A DNA stretch of 51,679 bases from Chiloscyllium plagiosum (taxonomy: Eukaryota), in contig NC_057757.1 in the NCBI RefSeq assembly GCF_004010195.1, forward strand, positions 5,286,103 to 5,337,781, written 5' to 3'. Below, piece by piece: positions 12,094 through 24,672 of the stretch. The notes below the pieces were generated by a model. That model was given only the letters and a program-made list of their open reading frames with translations, did not search any database and had not been told where the DNA came from. The translations under genes were made by a program, and so were the position numbers. Numbering within the stretch: the first letter of the stretch is position 1; each line of letters opens with the position of its first letter.

Positions 12094-12261
12094 CTGGTCA
12101 TTTCAGAGGGTAGTTAAGAGTTAACCTAATTGCTGTGGATCTGAAGTTGCTGGTCATTTCAGACGGTAGTTGAGAGTTTATTTAATGGCTGTGGGTCTGG
12201 GGTTGTTCGTCATTTCAGAGGGTAGTTAAGAGTTAACTTAATTGCTATGGGTTTGGAGTCA
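12094..12261. repeat. Three diverged copies of a 56-bp unit
   Basis: GTCATTTCAGAGGGTAGTTAAGAG... units start at 12094, 12150 and 12206; the unit resembles an interspersed-repeat segment also seen near 29260. Confidence 0.85.
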
Positions 12262-12289
12262 GGTGATTGTTGAAAGTGATAGGACAGAT

Positions 12290-13440
12290 TGAGAGTGCAG
12301 TTAACATTGACAGAGGTTTGGCTGACTAATAAGAAACAGAGTTGGGATAAGAGATGCATTTTTGGGATGGCAACCTGTAATTCGTAGACTGCCATAGAGA
12401 TTAGTGCTGGGGCCATAATTATTTACAATTTATATTAATGATTTGGATGAAGGAAGTGAACGTGCTGTAGCCAGGTTTGTAGATGACACCAAAATAGGTG
12501 GAAAGGCAAGTGCTGAAGAGTTTGCAGAGAGATACAGACAGGTTAAGCAAGTGGGAAAAATCTTGGCAAACAGAATATAACATGGGAAAATGTGAGGTTA
12601 TAAACTTCAGCAGGAAGAACAGAGGAGCCGAATATTATTTAAATAGAGAAAGACTACAGCATGGAGGCACTTGGGAATCCTCATGCATAAATTTAAAAAG
12701 CTAGCATACAAGTTCAGCAGATCAGAGGAAGGGAAATGGAATGTTGGCTTTATTTCAAAGGGAATCAAGTATAAAATTAGGGAAGTCTTCCTGAAAATAT
12801 ACAAGGCACTAATAGTTAGACCATACTTGGAATACCATCAATCTATCTAAGAAAATACATACTGCCATTGGAGGCAGTCAGAGAAGGTTCACTAGATTGA
12901 TCTCAGAGATGGAGAGACTAACCTATGAGGAGAGATTGAGCAAGGTGGGCCTATGTCCTATGGAGTTTATAAGAATGAGAGGCAACCTTATTGAAACATA
13001 TGAGATTCTTGACAAAGTAAACGCTGTGAGGATATTTCTCCCAGTGGGAGAGTCTAGGACCAGAGGCATAATCTCAGAATAAGGACAGAAGATGTAAAAA
13101 CTTGAGGGTTCCGGACAGAGCAGATCTGGAGAGACTCTTCTCACTGCGGAATAACCCTAGAGTTAGAGGGAACAGATTTCAGGTAAATGTCAAAAGAAAT
13201 AAAGGCAATTTGAGGTAAACTCTTCTCATGAAGTGTGTCATTAGGATCTGGAATGCGCTGCCTGAAAGTATGGCACAAGACGGTTTAATCAAAGCTTTTA
13301 ATGGGACTAGAATTATTGTCCCAAAGAAAAAATTTGCAGGGCTACAGGAAGAAGGTGAGGGAGTATCTCTAAGTGAGTTGTCCTTTCAAAGAGCTAGTGT
13401 GTGCTCAACAAGCCAAATGGCCTCCCTTTGCACTAATCCA
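12290..13440 (+). mobile_element. Old decayed CR1 fragments
   Basis: LQRDTDRLSKW...KCEVINF, YEERLSK, RIWNALP remnants. Confidence 0.85.
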
Positions 13441-14529
13441 TGTTTTTAAAAATAACGCATCAAAGGCCATGCTGCACTAATTCAATGACATAAAGTGTTG
13501 ACTATCCTCTTGACTCTAGCCACGTGTTTTCTCTTTTAAGGAACAGGTCAGGTTTGCTCAGACTGAGAATGCGCTGAACATTATGGGCAGTAATGAACAG
13601 AGTGAGCTGATCAGAATGGGCAGCGCCTCTAGAGAATAGGCCAGGCTTTCTGGGTTTGACTGGCATACAGTGTCTCCCTACACATACAATTCTGGATTCA
13701 GGATTAGTTATGATTTTAGCTATACTTGCTATGTTGTGTGAATGCCATCTCTTTTGGAAAGCTATCACAAAGCAACCACTGCCCATGGAACTGTGTACAG
13801 TGACAAAAATGGTACTAGCAATGACATCCATTTTATGTTTGTCATAAGTCAAAGTTACCACAATGTCCCAAATCCTGCTGCCTCGCTTCAGTATATTTTA
13901 TTCTTGGATATTTGCCTTTCCTGAATTTTAATCTGCACCTATTGCACTGGCACTAGAAAGATCCACTGCTTGGCAAACTGGCACAGGCTAGCACTAGAAT
14001 GCCAATCTAACACCATTTCAAAATGCTTTCAAACATAAATTAATAAATAAATCTATATCCACTGTTAGAATTGTTTTTGACCCTGTGTCTTTTTATCCAA
14101 TAGTTGGGCAATTTGTGGCCTTTGCACTGTAGGTCGTTGTAGCCCTGGCAATGTTTGTTCAGTGTGTCAGCTTCATTTGAATTTCAATTCAAGGCTGAAT
14201 TAGACCATTTGGTTGGCAAGGGTGTTACGGGTTATGGGGTACAGGCTGGAAAGAGGAGTTAAGGTCACATCAGATCAGCCATGATCTAACTAAACAGTGG
14301 AGCAGTCTCAGTGGGCCTCATAGTCTACTGTGCCTATTTTTACATTCCATAGAAAGCCCATTGCCATTAACCCCTTTCCCCTATTACTCAATGGGTGGGT
14401 TTGACACATGGTATGGCTTGGAGCCAGCTCAGTATGCCACTGGTACGAATAACATTTGTTGCCAATCCCTAAATTACCTGAGTTGCTCCTAGGCCATTTC
14501 AGCAGGCAGCTAAGAATCGACTACATTTA

Positions 14530-15118
14530 ATATAGGAGTTGGGAGGTCATGTTGCGACTGTACAAGACATTGGTTAGGCCACTTCTGGAATATTGCGTGC
14601 AGTTCTGGTCTCCTTCCTATTGGAAGGATGTTGTGAAACTTGAAAGGGTTCAGAAAAGATTTACAAAGATGTTGCCAGGGTTGGAGAATTTGAGCTACAG
14701 GGGGAGGCTGTTTTCCCTGGAGTGCCGGAAGCTGAGGGATGACCTTATAGAGGTTTATAAAATCTTGATTGGCATGGACAGGGTAAACAGAAACAGTCTT
14801 TTTCCTGGAATGGGGGAGCCCAGAACTAGAATGCACAGGTTTAGGATGAGAGGGGAAAGATATAAAAGGGACCTAAGGCACAACACTTTCACACAGAGGG
14901 TGGTGCGAATATGGAATGAGCTGCCGGAAGAAGTGGTGGAGGCTGTTACAAGAACAGCATTTAAAAAGCAAGTGGATGGGTATATTATTAGAAATGGCTG
15001 GGGGGATATGGGCCAAATGCTGGCAAATGGGACTAGATTAGATTAGGATATCTGGTCAGCATAGACGAGTTGGACTGAAGGGTCTGTTTCCATGCTGTAC
15101 ATCTCTATAATTCTATAA
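14530..15118 (+). mobile_element. CR1 LINE 3' fragment
   Basis: 165-aa ORF LYKTLVRPLLEYC...FTQRVVRIWNELP. Confidence 0.93.
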
Positions 15119-16483
15119 TTGGGAGTTATATATTGGTGAGACTGGTAAGGATGGCAGATTTCTTTTCCTATTCAATATTTGTGAGGTTTTTACAACAATG
15201 AATGATCTCTGTTACTGAAACTAGCTTTCAATTCCAGATTTAAGTTCCATCATCTGCCAAAGCCCTGTCCTTGGACAGTCAGGGTCTCTGGACTACTAGT
15301 CCAGCAACGTTGCCACTACGTCATCATCCCCTCTCTCTCGCAGTACAACGTACAAACAATCTTCAGTTCCAGCAGGACAATCCCATTTTGGTCATTCCCC
15401 TGTTGCTAATCTCTGCAATTCAGAGGTGGAATTCACATGTCCGACAAAGTCCAATCAGAACATTTTGTGCCATTGACTTAGGTGACCTTAATTAGCAAAC
15501 CAGCGCTATAGAATATTGTTGCAAAGTTTGTGTGTGTGTGGGCTGTGTTGAGAAAGCTAGGAAAACTGTTCAGCCCCTCACTGTAAATAAAAGATTAACT
15601 AGTCGTTGAATGTTACTGGAAATGAGACCCCAGTTTACTATTTCTGTGGATGTCAAATAATGATGAAGTAGGTGGATTGGTAACGAGCCAACAGACAAAA
15701 GCTAAGGATAATCTCATAATTTGGACTGAAGCACTTAAATTGAGGATGTTCAAACTATGACCTGCTGATCTCTCATAGCATTTCAGATCTATTTATACTT
15801 TTGTTGCTTAACTGATGATTTTCCTGTTTGTAATTAATGTGGCTTTTTTGTTCATTCATGAGAGATGGGTGTCACTGGCAAGGCCAATGTTTATCACGCA
15901 TTCCTAATTGCTCTTTGTGAAGGTGATGGTGTTTTCTTGAAGAACTGCAGTCTGTGCAGTGTAGGTACATCCAGCAGTACTGCCAGGGGGGTAGTCACAA
16001 AATTTTAACCCAGCAACAACAAAGAAATAGTAATATAGTTCCAAGTCAGGTTGGTGAGTGTATCAGAGGTGGTGGTGTTTCCATGTATCTGCTACTCTTG
16101 TCCTTCTAGATGGTAATGGTTGTGGGTTTGGAAGATGTTGTTGAAAGAGCCTTGTGAGTTGTAGTGCATCTAGGAAATGGTACAGTGACCAGGGACTTGA
16201 TTTAGCTTGGATGGCTGGTTTGTAATGTACAGTGATACCAATTGCATGGGTTCAGTTCCTGGCTGAGATTACCATAAAGGATTCCTCTTCTCAACCTCTC
16301 CCCTGGCCTGAGACATTGTGACTCTTAAGTCTCTCTCTAATGACAGCAGCTCTACGGTGCAGTATGGTAACTTTATATTTTAGATGGTACACATTGTTGG
16401 CAATTTGCCTCAAAGGTGAAGAGAGTGAATGCTTAAGGTATTGGATTGGTGATGTCAAGCTTCTTGAATATTATTAGAACTGC

Positions 16484-16523
16484 AGTGATCCAGACTGGCA
16501 GATAGTGATCCAGACTGGCAGAT
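16484..16523. repeat. Perfect 20-bp tandem duplication AGTGATCCAGACTGGCAGAT
   Basis: Seen directly. Confidence 0.9.
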
Positions 16524-16774
16524 AGTATTCCCTCACACTCTGATCCTTAAATATTGGACAGGCTTTGGGAGCCAGAAACTAAGTTACTTACCTCAGAGTT
16601 CTCAGCCTCTGACCTGTTCTTGTAGCTATGATACGTATATTGTTGATCGGTTCAGTTTCAGGTCAATGGTAATTCCCCATGGGGATTCAGTGACACTAAT
16701 GGCGATCCGAACAGCAATATAATAAATAATACTGTAAGAAGATTTTGAAGTTGTTTATGTGGTGTGTTCTCAGA

Positions 16775-17035
16775 GGTTGTTGCAGTATTTAAACTGCAGG
16801 TTACCCTCAAGTTTAAAATTATTTATGACAAAACTGAATTCAAGGCACAGAGTCTCATGGTGCAATTACTTGAGTGTTGTGGATCTGCACTTATCTGGGC
16901 AAGTGATTATATCCTTGGCTTGTGTTTGGGGACAGAAGACTGGAGCTTTGGAAAGTTATCTTCCAAGTATTACTGCCGCAGTGGTAGACAAATCCTGAGA
17001 CCATAACCCTAAGATCTGATAATAAAAACATCTTG
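16775..17035 (+). pseudogene. POP7: Degraded POP7 (Rpp20, RNase P/MRP subunit) pseudogene with frameshifts and deletions
   Basis: Colinear motifs across frames versus human POP7: RLPSSL~RLPSRL, IYDKTEFKAQ~IYVNMKTDFKAQ, LLECCG~LLDGG, SDYILGLCL~SEIYIHGLGL, SFGKL~SFGSL, VVDK/PET~LVDELEPET. Confidence 0.75.
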
Positions 17036-17762
17036 AAAAAGATAGTTATTAAGGGGAACAACAATGCCTTAATATAATTAAACATTCAAAGGCACTTCTC
17101 AGGAGCCTTATACAGTAAAATACACGCTAAGATACATAAGTTGATATCAGGTCAATGTCAATGGACTGAATATCACGTCAGGACAAAAGACCAGGTCCTC
17201 TTACTCAACACTCCAATGACCACTGTTCAATGGGAGGGTAACGAAAATACTCTGAAGCTTTCACTGAAGTGTGACAGCTTGGCATTAATGCCTGGGAAGA
17301 GACTGAATCATTCAAAATGGCAACAACTTGTTCATTAAACAGTGTCACATTTTGATTCACAAAGTCTTAATGAGGAGGCAGCGTGGAGGCAGAGAAGGAA
17401 AGAAAGGGAAATAAATCCTGCTGTCCGGACCCCACGACCTGTGAGACATCCTGCTCCATGTGCCCAAAGATCCACATGTCGAAAATTAGTCCGCTTAGTT
17501 ACATGAAGACCCGAGACAGAAACTGATGACCCTGAATTGATGTCATGGGACGGTTAGCAACAATATTAGGGCAGATGACCAGAAGTCTGGTCAAAGAAGT
17601 AAGACATAAGGTGAAACAAAGAATTGTGGCTGCTGAAGATCTGAAACAAAACAGAAATTGCTGGCAGCATCTGTGGAGAAAAAGTAGAGTTAATGTTTTG
17701 AATCCAGTGACCCTTCAGAACACCCAGATTTAAGATTTAAGGAGTGTCTTGAAGATAGAAAA

Positions 17763-19749
17763 CAAGTGTCAGTGGGGGAGCACTTTGGGGCCAGCGACCA
17801 TAATTCTATTTGTTTTAAAATAGTGATGGAAAAAGATAGACCAGATCTAAAAGTTAAAGTTCTAAATTGGAGAAAGGCCAATTTTGACGATATTAGGCAA
17901 GGACTTTCGAAAGCTGATTGGAGGCAGATGTTTGCAGGTAAAGGGACGGCTGGAAAATGGGAAGGCTTCAGAAATGAGATAACAAGAATCCAGAGAAAGT
18001 ATATTCCTGTCAAGGTGAAAGGGAAGGCTGGTAGGTATAGGGAATGCTGGATGACTAAAGAAATTGAGGGTTTGGTTAAGAAAAAGAAGGAAGCATATGT
18101 CAGGTATAGACAGGACAGATCGAGTGAATACTTAGAAGAGTATAAAGGCAGTAGGAGTATACTTAAGAGGGAAATCAGGAGAGCAAAAAGGGGACATTCG
18201 ATAGTTTTGGCAAATAGAATTAAGGAGAATCCAAAGAGTTTTACAAATATATTAAGGACAAAAGGGTAACTAGAGAGAAATAGGGCCCCTCAAAGATCAG
18301 CAAGGCAGCCTTTGTGTGGAGCCACAGAGAATAGGGGAGATACTAAATATTTTGCATCAGTATTTACTGTGGAAAAGGATATGGAAGATATAGACTGTAG
18401 GGAAATAGATGATGACATCTTGCAAATGTCCAGATTACAGAGGAGGAAGTGCTGGATGTCTTGAAACAGTTAAAGGTGGATAAATCCCCAGGACCTGATC
18501 AGGTGTACCCGAGAACTCTGTGGGAAGCTAGAGAAGTGACTGCATGCCTCTTGCTGAGATAGTTGTATCATCGATAGTCACAGGTGAGGTGCCGGAAGAC
18601 TGGAGGTTGGCAAACGTGGTGCCACTGTTTAAGAAGGGCGGTAAAGACAAGCCAGGGAACTATAGACCAGTGAGCCTGACCTCAGTGGTGGGCAAGTTGT
18701 TGGAGGGAATCCTGAGGGACAGGATATGCATGTATTTGGAAAGACAAGGACTAATTCGGGATAGTCAACATGGCTTTGTGCATGGGAAATCATGTCTCAC
18801 AAACTTGATTGAGCTTTTTGAAGAAGTAACAAAGAAGATTAATGAGGGCAGAGCAGTAGATGTGATCTATATGGACTTCAGTAAGGCATTCGACAAGGTT
18901 CCCCATGGGAGANNNNNNNNNNNNNNNNNNNNNNNNNNNNNNNNNNNNNNNNNNNNNNNNNNNNNNNNNNNNNNNNNNNNNNNNNNNNNNNNNNNNNNNN
19001 NNNNNNNNNNNNNNNNNNNNNNNNNNNNNNNNNNNNNNNNNNNNNNNNNNNNNNNNNNNNNNNNNGGAGTGCAGGTTCATAGCTCCTAGAAAGTGGAGTC
19101 ACAGGTAGATAGGATAGTGAAGAAGGCGTTTGGTATGCTTTCCTTTGTTGGTCAGAGCATTGAGTACAGGAGTTGAGAGATCATGTGTGGCTGTACAGGA
19201 CATTGGTTAGGCCACTGTTGGAATATTGCATGCAATTCTGGTCTCCTTCCTATCGGAAAGATGTTGTGAAACTTGAAAGGGTTCAGAAAAGATTTACAAG
19301 GATGTTGCCAGGGTTGGAGGATTTGAGCTACAGGGAGAGGCTGAATAGACTGGGGCTGTTTTCCCTCATGCGTCGGAGGCTGAGGGGTGACCTTATAGAG
19401 GTTTACAAAATTATGAGGGGCATGGATAGGATGAATAGACAAGGTCGGGGAGTCCAGAACTAGAGGGCATAGGTTTAGAGTGAGGGGAAAGATATAAAAG
19501 AGACATAAGGGGCAACTTTTTCACGCAGCGGATGGTATGTGTATGGAATGAGCTGCCAGGGGATGTGGTGGAGGCTGGTACAACTGCAACATTTAAGAGG
19601 CATTTGGATGGGAATATGAATAGAAAGGGTTTGGAGGGATGTGGGTTGGGTGCTGGCAGATGGGACTAGATTGGGTTGGGATATCTGGTCGGTATGGACA
19701 GGTTTGACCGAAGAGTCTGTTTCCATGCTGTATATCTCTAAGACTCTAA
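17763..19749 (+). mobile_element. CR1 LINE ORF2 fragment (end of endonuclease through RT and 3' tail), frameshifted, spanning an N gap
   Basis: ASDHNSI, NWRKANF, NYRPVSLTS, DFSKAFD, LVRPLLEYC; flanked by ATAGAAAA on both sides. Confidence 0.95.
18913..19065. other. Assembly gap (N run)
   Basis: Run of n inside a CR1. Confidence 1.
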
Positions 19750-20444
19750 ATAGAAAATGAGAATAGCACTTTGAAAGCTCAGGGCCTAGACAACTGAAGA
19801 CATGGCTACCAACAGTGATGAATTAAAGTGGGGATGTAGTGCAGAATTCTAAATTATAGATGCACAGATATATTAGAGTTTCAGACTGGAATGGGTAATG
19901 GCAACAGGGAAAGTTGAGGATCCCCTGCTTTAAGTTTTCATCCAAAATTTGAACCTGTAACAATTTAGTTTAGCCTTGAGTGGGTGGTACATCACTGGAC
20001 GGGGCTGTTCTCTAGATTAATCATGCAACCAAGGCCTAATAGAAGACTGAAAAAGAACAGTGAGATCCCAGTCACCTTCCCTCTGAAGCAGTGAACACAA
20101 AGGAAGACAGATTAGTTGTCAATCTTATGATTGGCTATATAAAAAGATCTATGGGTGGGACATTTTGATACATTGTAACAAACATAAGGCTCCTTATACA
20201 TTTATATATCAAAGAATGAGTTATTGAGATATTTCTCTCGACAAACCCCTGGAATGGCTTCACATGAACAATGTGCATTCACATAGTGCCTTTCAACTCC
20301 TCAAAACAAACAATGAAATAAATGGCCAGACCATCTGTTTCAGATGCCAGCTAAGGGTTGAACACTAGCCCAGAGTCCAGGTTAAAAATAGCAGTATGAG
20401 ATATATGGGGTTGTTTGCTAAAATCTGATCGGAAACACAGAGCT

Positions 20445-20675
20445 GCATGGTGGCACAGTGGTTTGCACTGCTGCCTCACAGCCCCAGGGACCTAGGTTTC
20501 ATTCCTTGGGTGACTGTGTAAATGTTTCTGCTGGGTGCTCTGGTTTCTTCCTCCAGTCCAAAGATGTGCAGCTTAGGTGGATTAGATATGGTAAATGTGG
20601 GTCTGGGTGCCCTTCAAAGGGTTGCTGATGGGCTGAATGGCCTCTATCTGCACTGTATGGATTCTATGATTCTAC
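20445..20675 (+). mobile_element. HE1-type SINE, internally deleted
   Basis: Head and CAGTCCAAAGATGTGCAG body present. Confidence 0.8.
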
Positions 20676-20837
20676 AACAGTGCCTCCAACTGTACACTTC
20701 TGGTACTGTTAGTGTCAGCTGGGATTATGGACAGAGTTTTCCCATATATTTCCTAAATGTAGGTCGTGAGTGTGTCAGGTGATGGTTAACATGCTGCCCC
20801 AATGGTCAGATAGCTCACCAAACAGTTCATTAAAGAT

Positions 20838-21535
20838 TGAACATAGAACATTTCAGCGCAGTACAAGCCCTTTGGCCCTTGATGTTTTGCCGACCAGTAA
20901 AACCAATCTGAAGCCCATCTAACCTACACTATTCTATTTTCGTCCATATGTCTATCCAATGACCATTTAAATGCCCTTAAAGTTGGCGAGTCTACGACTG
21001 TTACAGGCAGTGCACACCCCTACTACTCTGAGTAAATAAACTACCTCTGACATCTGTCCTATATCTTTCACCCCTCAATTTAAAGCTATGCCCCCTTGTG
21101 CTAGCCATTACCATCCGAGGAAAAAGGCTCTCACTGTCCACCCTATCGAACCCTCTGATTATCTTATATGTTTCTATTAAGTCACCTCTCAACCTTCTTC
21201 TCTCCAACGAAAACAGCCTCAAGTCTCTCAGCCTTTCTTCGTAAGACCTTCCTTCCATATCAGGCAACATCCAAGTAAATCTCCTCTGAACCCTTTCCAA
21301 AGCTTCCACATCCTTCCTGTAATGCGCTGACCAGAATTGTACGCAATACTGCAAGTACGGCCGTACCTGAGTTCTGTACAGCTGCAGCATGACTTCAGGT
21401 TCCAAAACTCAATCCCTCTATTAATAAAAGCTAACACACTGTATGCCTTTTAACAACCCTATCAACCGAGATGACAACCTTTAGGGATCTATGCACATGA
21501 ACACCGAGATCTCTCTGCTCATATACACTACCAAG
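20838..21535 (-). mobile_element. CR1 LINE 3' fragment, same subfamily as 8326-10240
   Basis: ORF 21001-21405; AACATAGAACAT tail. Confidence 0.93.
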
Positions 21536-22014
21536 ATCCTAAGGTCAGTAGCTGCTAGCCAATCAGATGCCAGCAACTACTGGGGTCCGAATGGTCACCG
21601 CAAACCGCCTATTCCTTAGGGGATCCAAGAATGAGAATATAAGTCTTTTTACTGCTTCTCATGGGGTGAGGGTCATGGGGATAAGGTGGTCAGCTGGGAA
21701 CTGCTTAATGATGTAATTGTTGACAAGTCAAGGAAGTGTCCAATGACCTTGAACAGCATTTAATTGCAGAGGCAGTGTGGAGCTGTTGCGTTTCTACCCA
21801 GAACGAATTCATCCTGCTACTTCCCCTCTCGCCATCTCTCACACCACCTCCACGGAAGGGAAGGGAAGAGAAAATCATGCCCTATATGCTGGCATCTCTG
21901 AAGCAGTCTTCAGTTCACAGCCTCATAATGCAATGCCACGCAGTTATACCCATTGAGCTAATCCAAGACTGACACCTTGCAAAAATGATGGAAAGCAGAC
22001 AAAAAGTTAACTGA

Positions 22015-22845
22015 GTAAAAACAATGACTGCAGATGCTGGAAACCAGATTTTGGATTAGTGGTGCTGGAAGAGCACAGCAGTTCAGGCAGCATCCGAGGA
22101 GCAGCAAAATCGACGTTTCGGGCAAAAGACCTTCATCAGGAATAAAGGCAGTGAGCCTGAAGCGTGGAGAGATAAGCTAGAGGAGGGTGGGNNNNNNNNN
22201 NNNNNNNNNNNNNNNNNNNNNNNNNNNNNNNNNNNNNNNNNNNNNNNNNNNNNNNNNNNNNNNNNNNNNNNNNNNNNNNNNNNNNNNNNNNNNNNNNNNN
22301 NNNNNNNNNNNNNNNNNNNNNNNNNNNNNNNNNNNNNNNNNNNNNNNNNNNNNNNNNNNNNNNNNNNNNNNNNNNNNNNNNNNNNNNNNNNNNNNNNNNN
22401 NNNNNNNNNNNNNNNNNNNNNNNNNNNNNNNNNNNNNNNNNNNNNNNNNNNNNNNNNNNNNNNNNNNNNNNNNNNNNNNNNNNNNNNNNNNNNNNNNNNN
22501 NNNNNNNNNNNNNNNNNNNNNNNNNNNNNNNNNNNNNNNNNNNNNNNNNNNNNNNNNNNNNNNNNNNNNNNNNNNNNNNNNNNNNNNNNNNNNNNNNNNN
22601 NNNNNNNNNNNNNNNNNNNNNNNNNNNNNNNNNNNNNNNNNNNNNNNNNNNNNNNNNNNNNNNNNNNNNNNNNNNNNNNNNNNNNNNNGTTACGGTTGGA
22701 GGGGTGGGGTCTGAGGGCGGAGGTGCGGGATGTGGACGAGATGCGTTGTAGGGCATCTTTAACCACGTGGGAAGGGAAATTGCGGTCTCTAAAGGAGGAG
22801 GCCATCTGGTGTGTTCTGTGGTGGAACTGGTCCTCCTGGGAGCAC
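22015..22845 (-). mobile_element. Penelope-like element spanning an assembly gap
   Basis: Peptide CSQEDQFHHRTHQMASSFRDRNFPSHVVKDAL; pLTR with hammerhead core at 22111-22140. Confidence 0.8.
22192..22688. other. Assembly gap (N run)
   Basis: Run of n inside a Penelope-like element. Confidence 1.
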
Positions 22846-23329
22846 CAACGTAAATGTGCAAATGGTCGGCTTTCTTTGGTGCTGGCACAGTTTGGAAATT
22901 TTAAAGGTAATAAGATCAATATCCCAACACCTGATACTTCAATGTGATTTTGTAGATGTAATGCAACACTGACATTTCACATGAATGAGATCAGTTTTGA
23001 TGTAGAGGATAATTCAGTCAAAGAATTTTCTGTGGCAAGGTTTATAAAACTGATGACAGCACCATCTACAGGAGAACCTGACAGACTTTGAAATCACAGG
23101 AAGCACAATCAAAATGTCAATTTTACCAGTCTGCAGTCAAAATAAAAATTTACAAAGCATTTTTCTCAACCACAGGATGTCTCAAAATACTTCACAGCCA
23201 ATGAAGTGTGTTTGGATTGTAGCCATGTTTGTAACAGACACAGTCAAATTGATTACAGTGAGATCCGATAAACAGTACTGGGATAAGCACCTCAGAGAAG
23301 GTTCACTTGACTCATCCCTCATGAAGAAA

Positions 23330-23487
23330 TAATTTGGAGGTGCCGATGTTGGACTGGGGACAAAATTAAAAATCACACAACACCAGGTTATAGTCCAACA
23401 GGTTTAATTGGAACAGATTTTGGAGAGAAAGCTAGTGCTTCCAATTGAACCTGTTGGACTATAACCTGGTGTTGTGTGATTTTTAAT
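23330..23487. mobile_element. Short fold-back insertion (49-bp inverted arms) with 12-bp target duplication CTCATGAAGAAA
   Basis: Arms at 23365-23413 and 23439-23487; duplication at 23318-23329 and 23488-23499. Confidence 0.85.
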
Positions 23488-23999
23488 CTCATGAAGAAAG
23501 GTTGAACAGATTTGGTCTTTTCCCATGGAATTTTGAGGAATGAGAAGCAATCTATTTTAAGCAGGTACAATCCCAAAAGGACTGGATAGAGTGTGTACAT
23601 TGAGGAAATTCGGGAACTTGAGAACAAAGGGACACATTTTAAAAATAAGAAATCTTTTTAAAGCAGAGGTGAGGAGAATTGCTTTTTTCTCTCAAAAGAA
23701 CATTGATCTGTGGAATTCTCTTCTCCAGAAAGAGGTTGAGTCATTGAATTTATTCATGGCTGAATTCTGGAGGGATTTTTTACAGAAAAAGGAGCCGTGT
23801 TTTATAGGGGCAGGGACGAATATGGAGTTGAGAACACAGTAAGATCAGTCACAATCTTATTGAATGGTGAAGCAGGTTCATAGGGTCAAAAGTCGAGAGT
23901 GTGGTGTGGAAAAGCACAGCAGGTCAGGCAGCATCCATAGGGTCGAAAGACCTGCCTGCTATTAAGACCTATGTCCCCACATAATAACCAGATATTCAA

Positions 24000-24250
24000 C
24001 CATTATGAGATTGAATGAGGGACGAGTGTTGGCGAGGACATCAGGGTGAACTCCCTTTGCAATAATGTCATGGGATCTTTAACATTCACAGGCAAACCAG
24101 GCCATGATTTTATGTCTTATCAGATAAACAGTATCTCCAACAGTGCACTGTCTCTCAGTACTGCCCCGGAGTGTCAGCATTGATTTCTGCGCTTGTGCTC
24201 TGGAGTAGGATTTGAACCTTGTGGCTCAGAGATTGCAGTGTTATGAACTA
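24000..24250 (-). mobile_element. Old SINE, DeuSINE/SacSINE-like (related pieces near 11910-12080 and 40700-40940)
   Basis: CATGGGATCTTT...ACAGTGCA...CAGTACTGC...GGAGTGTCAGC...GGATTTGAACC pattern, recalled from memory. Confidence 0.5.
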
Positions 24251-24258
24251 AACAACTA

Positions 24259-24473
24259 AGGTCGTTCTGCTATAACACGCATTTCATTAACGCAAGTTCA
24301 CTGTAACACAACTGATGAATTGGGGACACTGTTTCTAAAGTGCAAACTTTTAAAACGTGTGTTGGCTGTAATGCCAACACTTGCCAACACTTAAGCGCTG
24401 TTTCTAAAGTGCGATTTTTCTACAATGCAGGTTGCACAAGAATGCAACCATCATGATATAGAAGAACGACCTG
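24259..24473. mobile_element. Non-autonomous Tc1/mariner (Tigger/pogo-like) MITE
   Basis: TA|AGGTCGTTCTGCTATA ... TATAGAAGAACGACCTG|TA inverted ends with TA flanks. Confidence 0.7.
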
Positions 24474-24672
24474 TAAATTGATCTCGGTCTGGGCCTGAGT
24501 TGTGTCACTAAAGTAGGTCTGAATCCCTCCTTGCATAGGTCAAATACCAGCCAGGGTCCTGGTTCTTGGCCTCCTGCTGAAAGAAATTTACAGTGTGACA
24601 AGACTTCCTTATTTTTAAACTCTAACCACTTTGAAATAAAGGCCAAAATTCCATTTGGCTCTTTAACGATGG

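Noticed and set aside
12094..12261. CRISPR-like repeated units
   Set aside because: Whole-unit tandem repeats without unique spacers, in eukaryotic DNA with no cas genes.
13502..13861. 119-aa minus-strand ORF in unique sequence
   Set aside because: No recognisable motif, no matching splice structure, and a composition typical of random ORFs.
22083..22919. Long ORFs of 175-278 aa
   Set aside because: Mostly X residues from the assembly gap; the same applies to the ORFs over 18913-19065.
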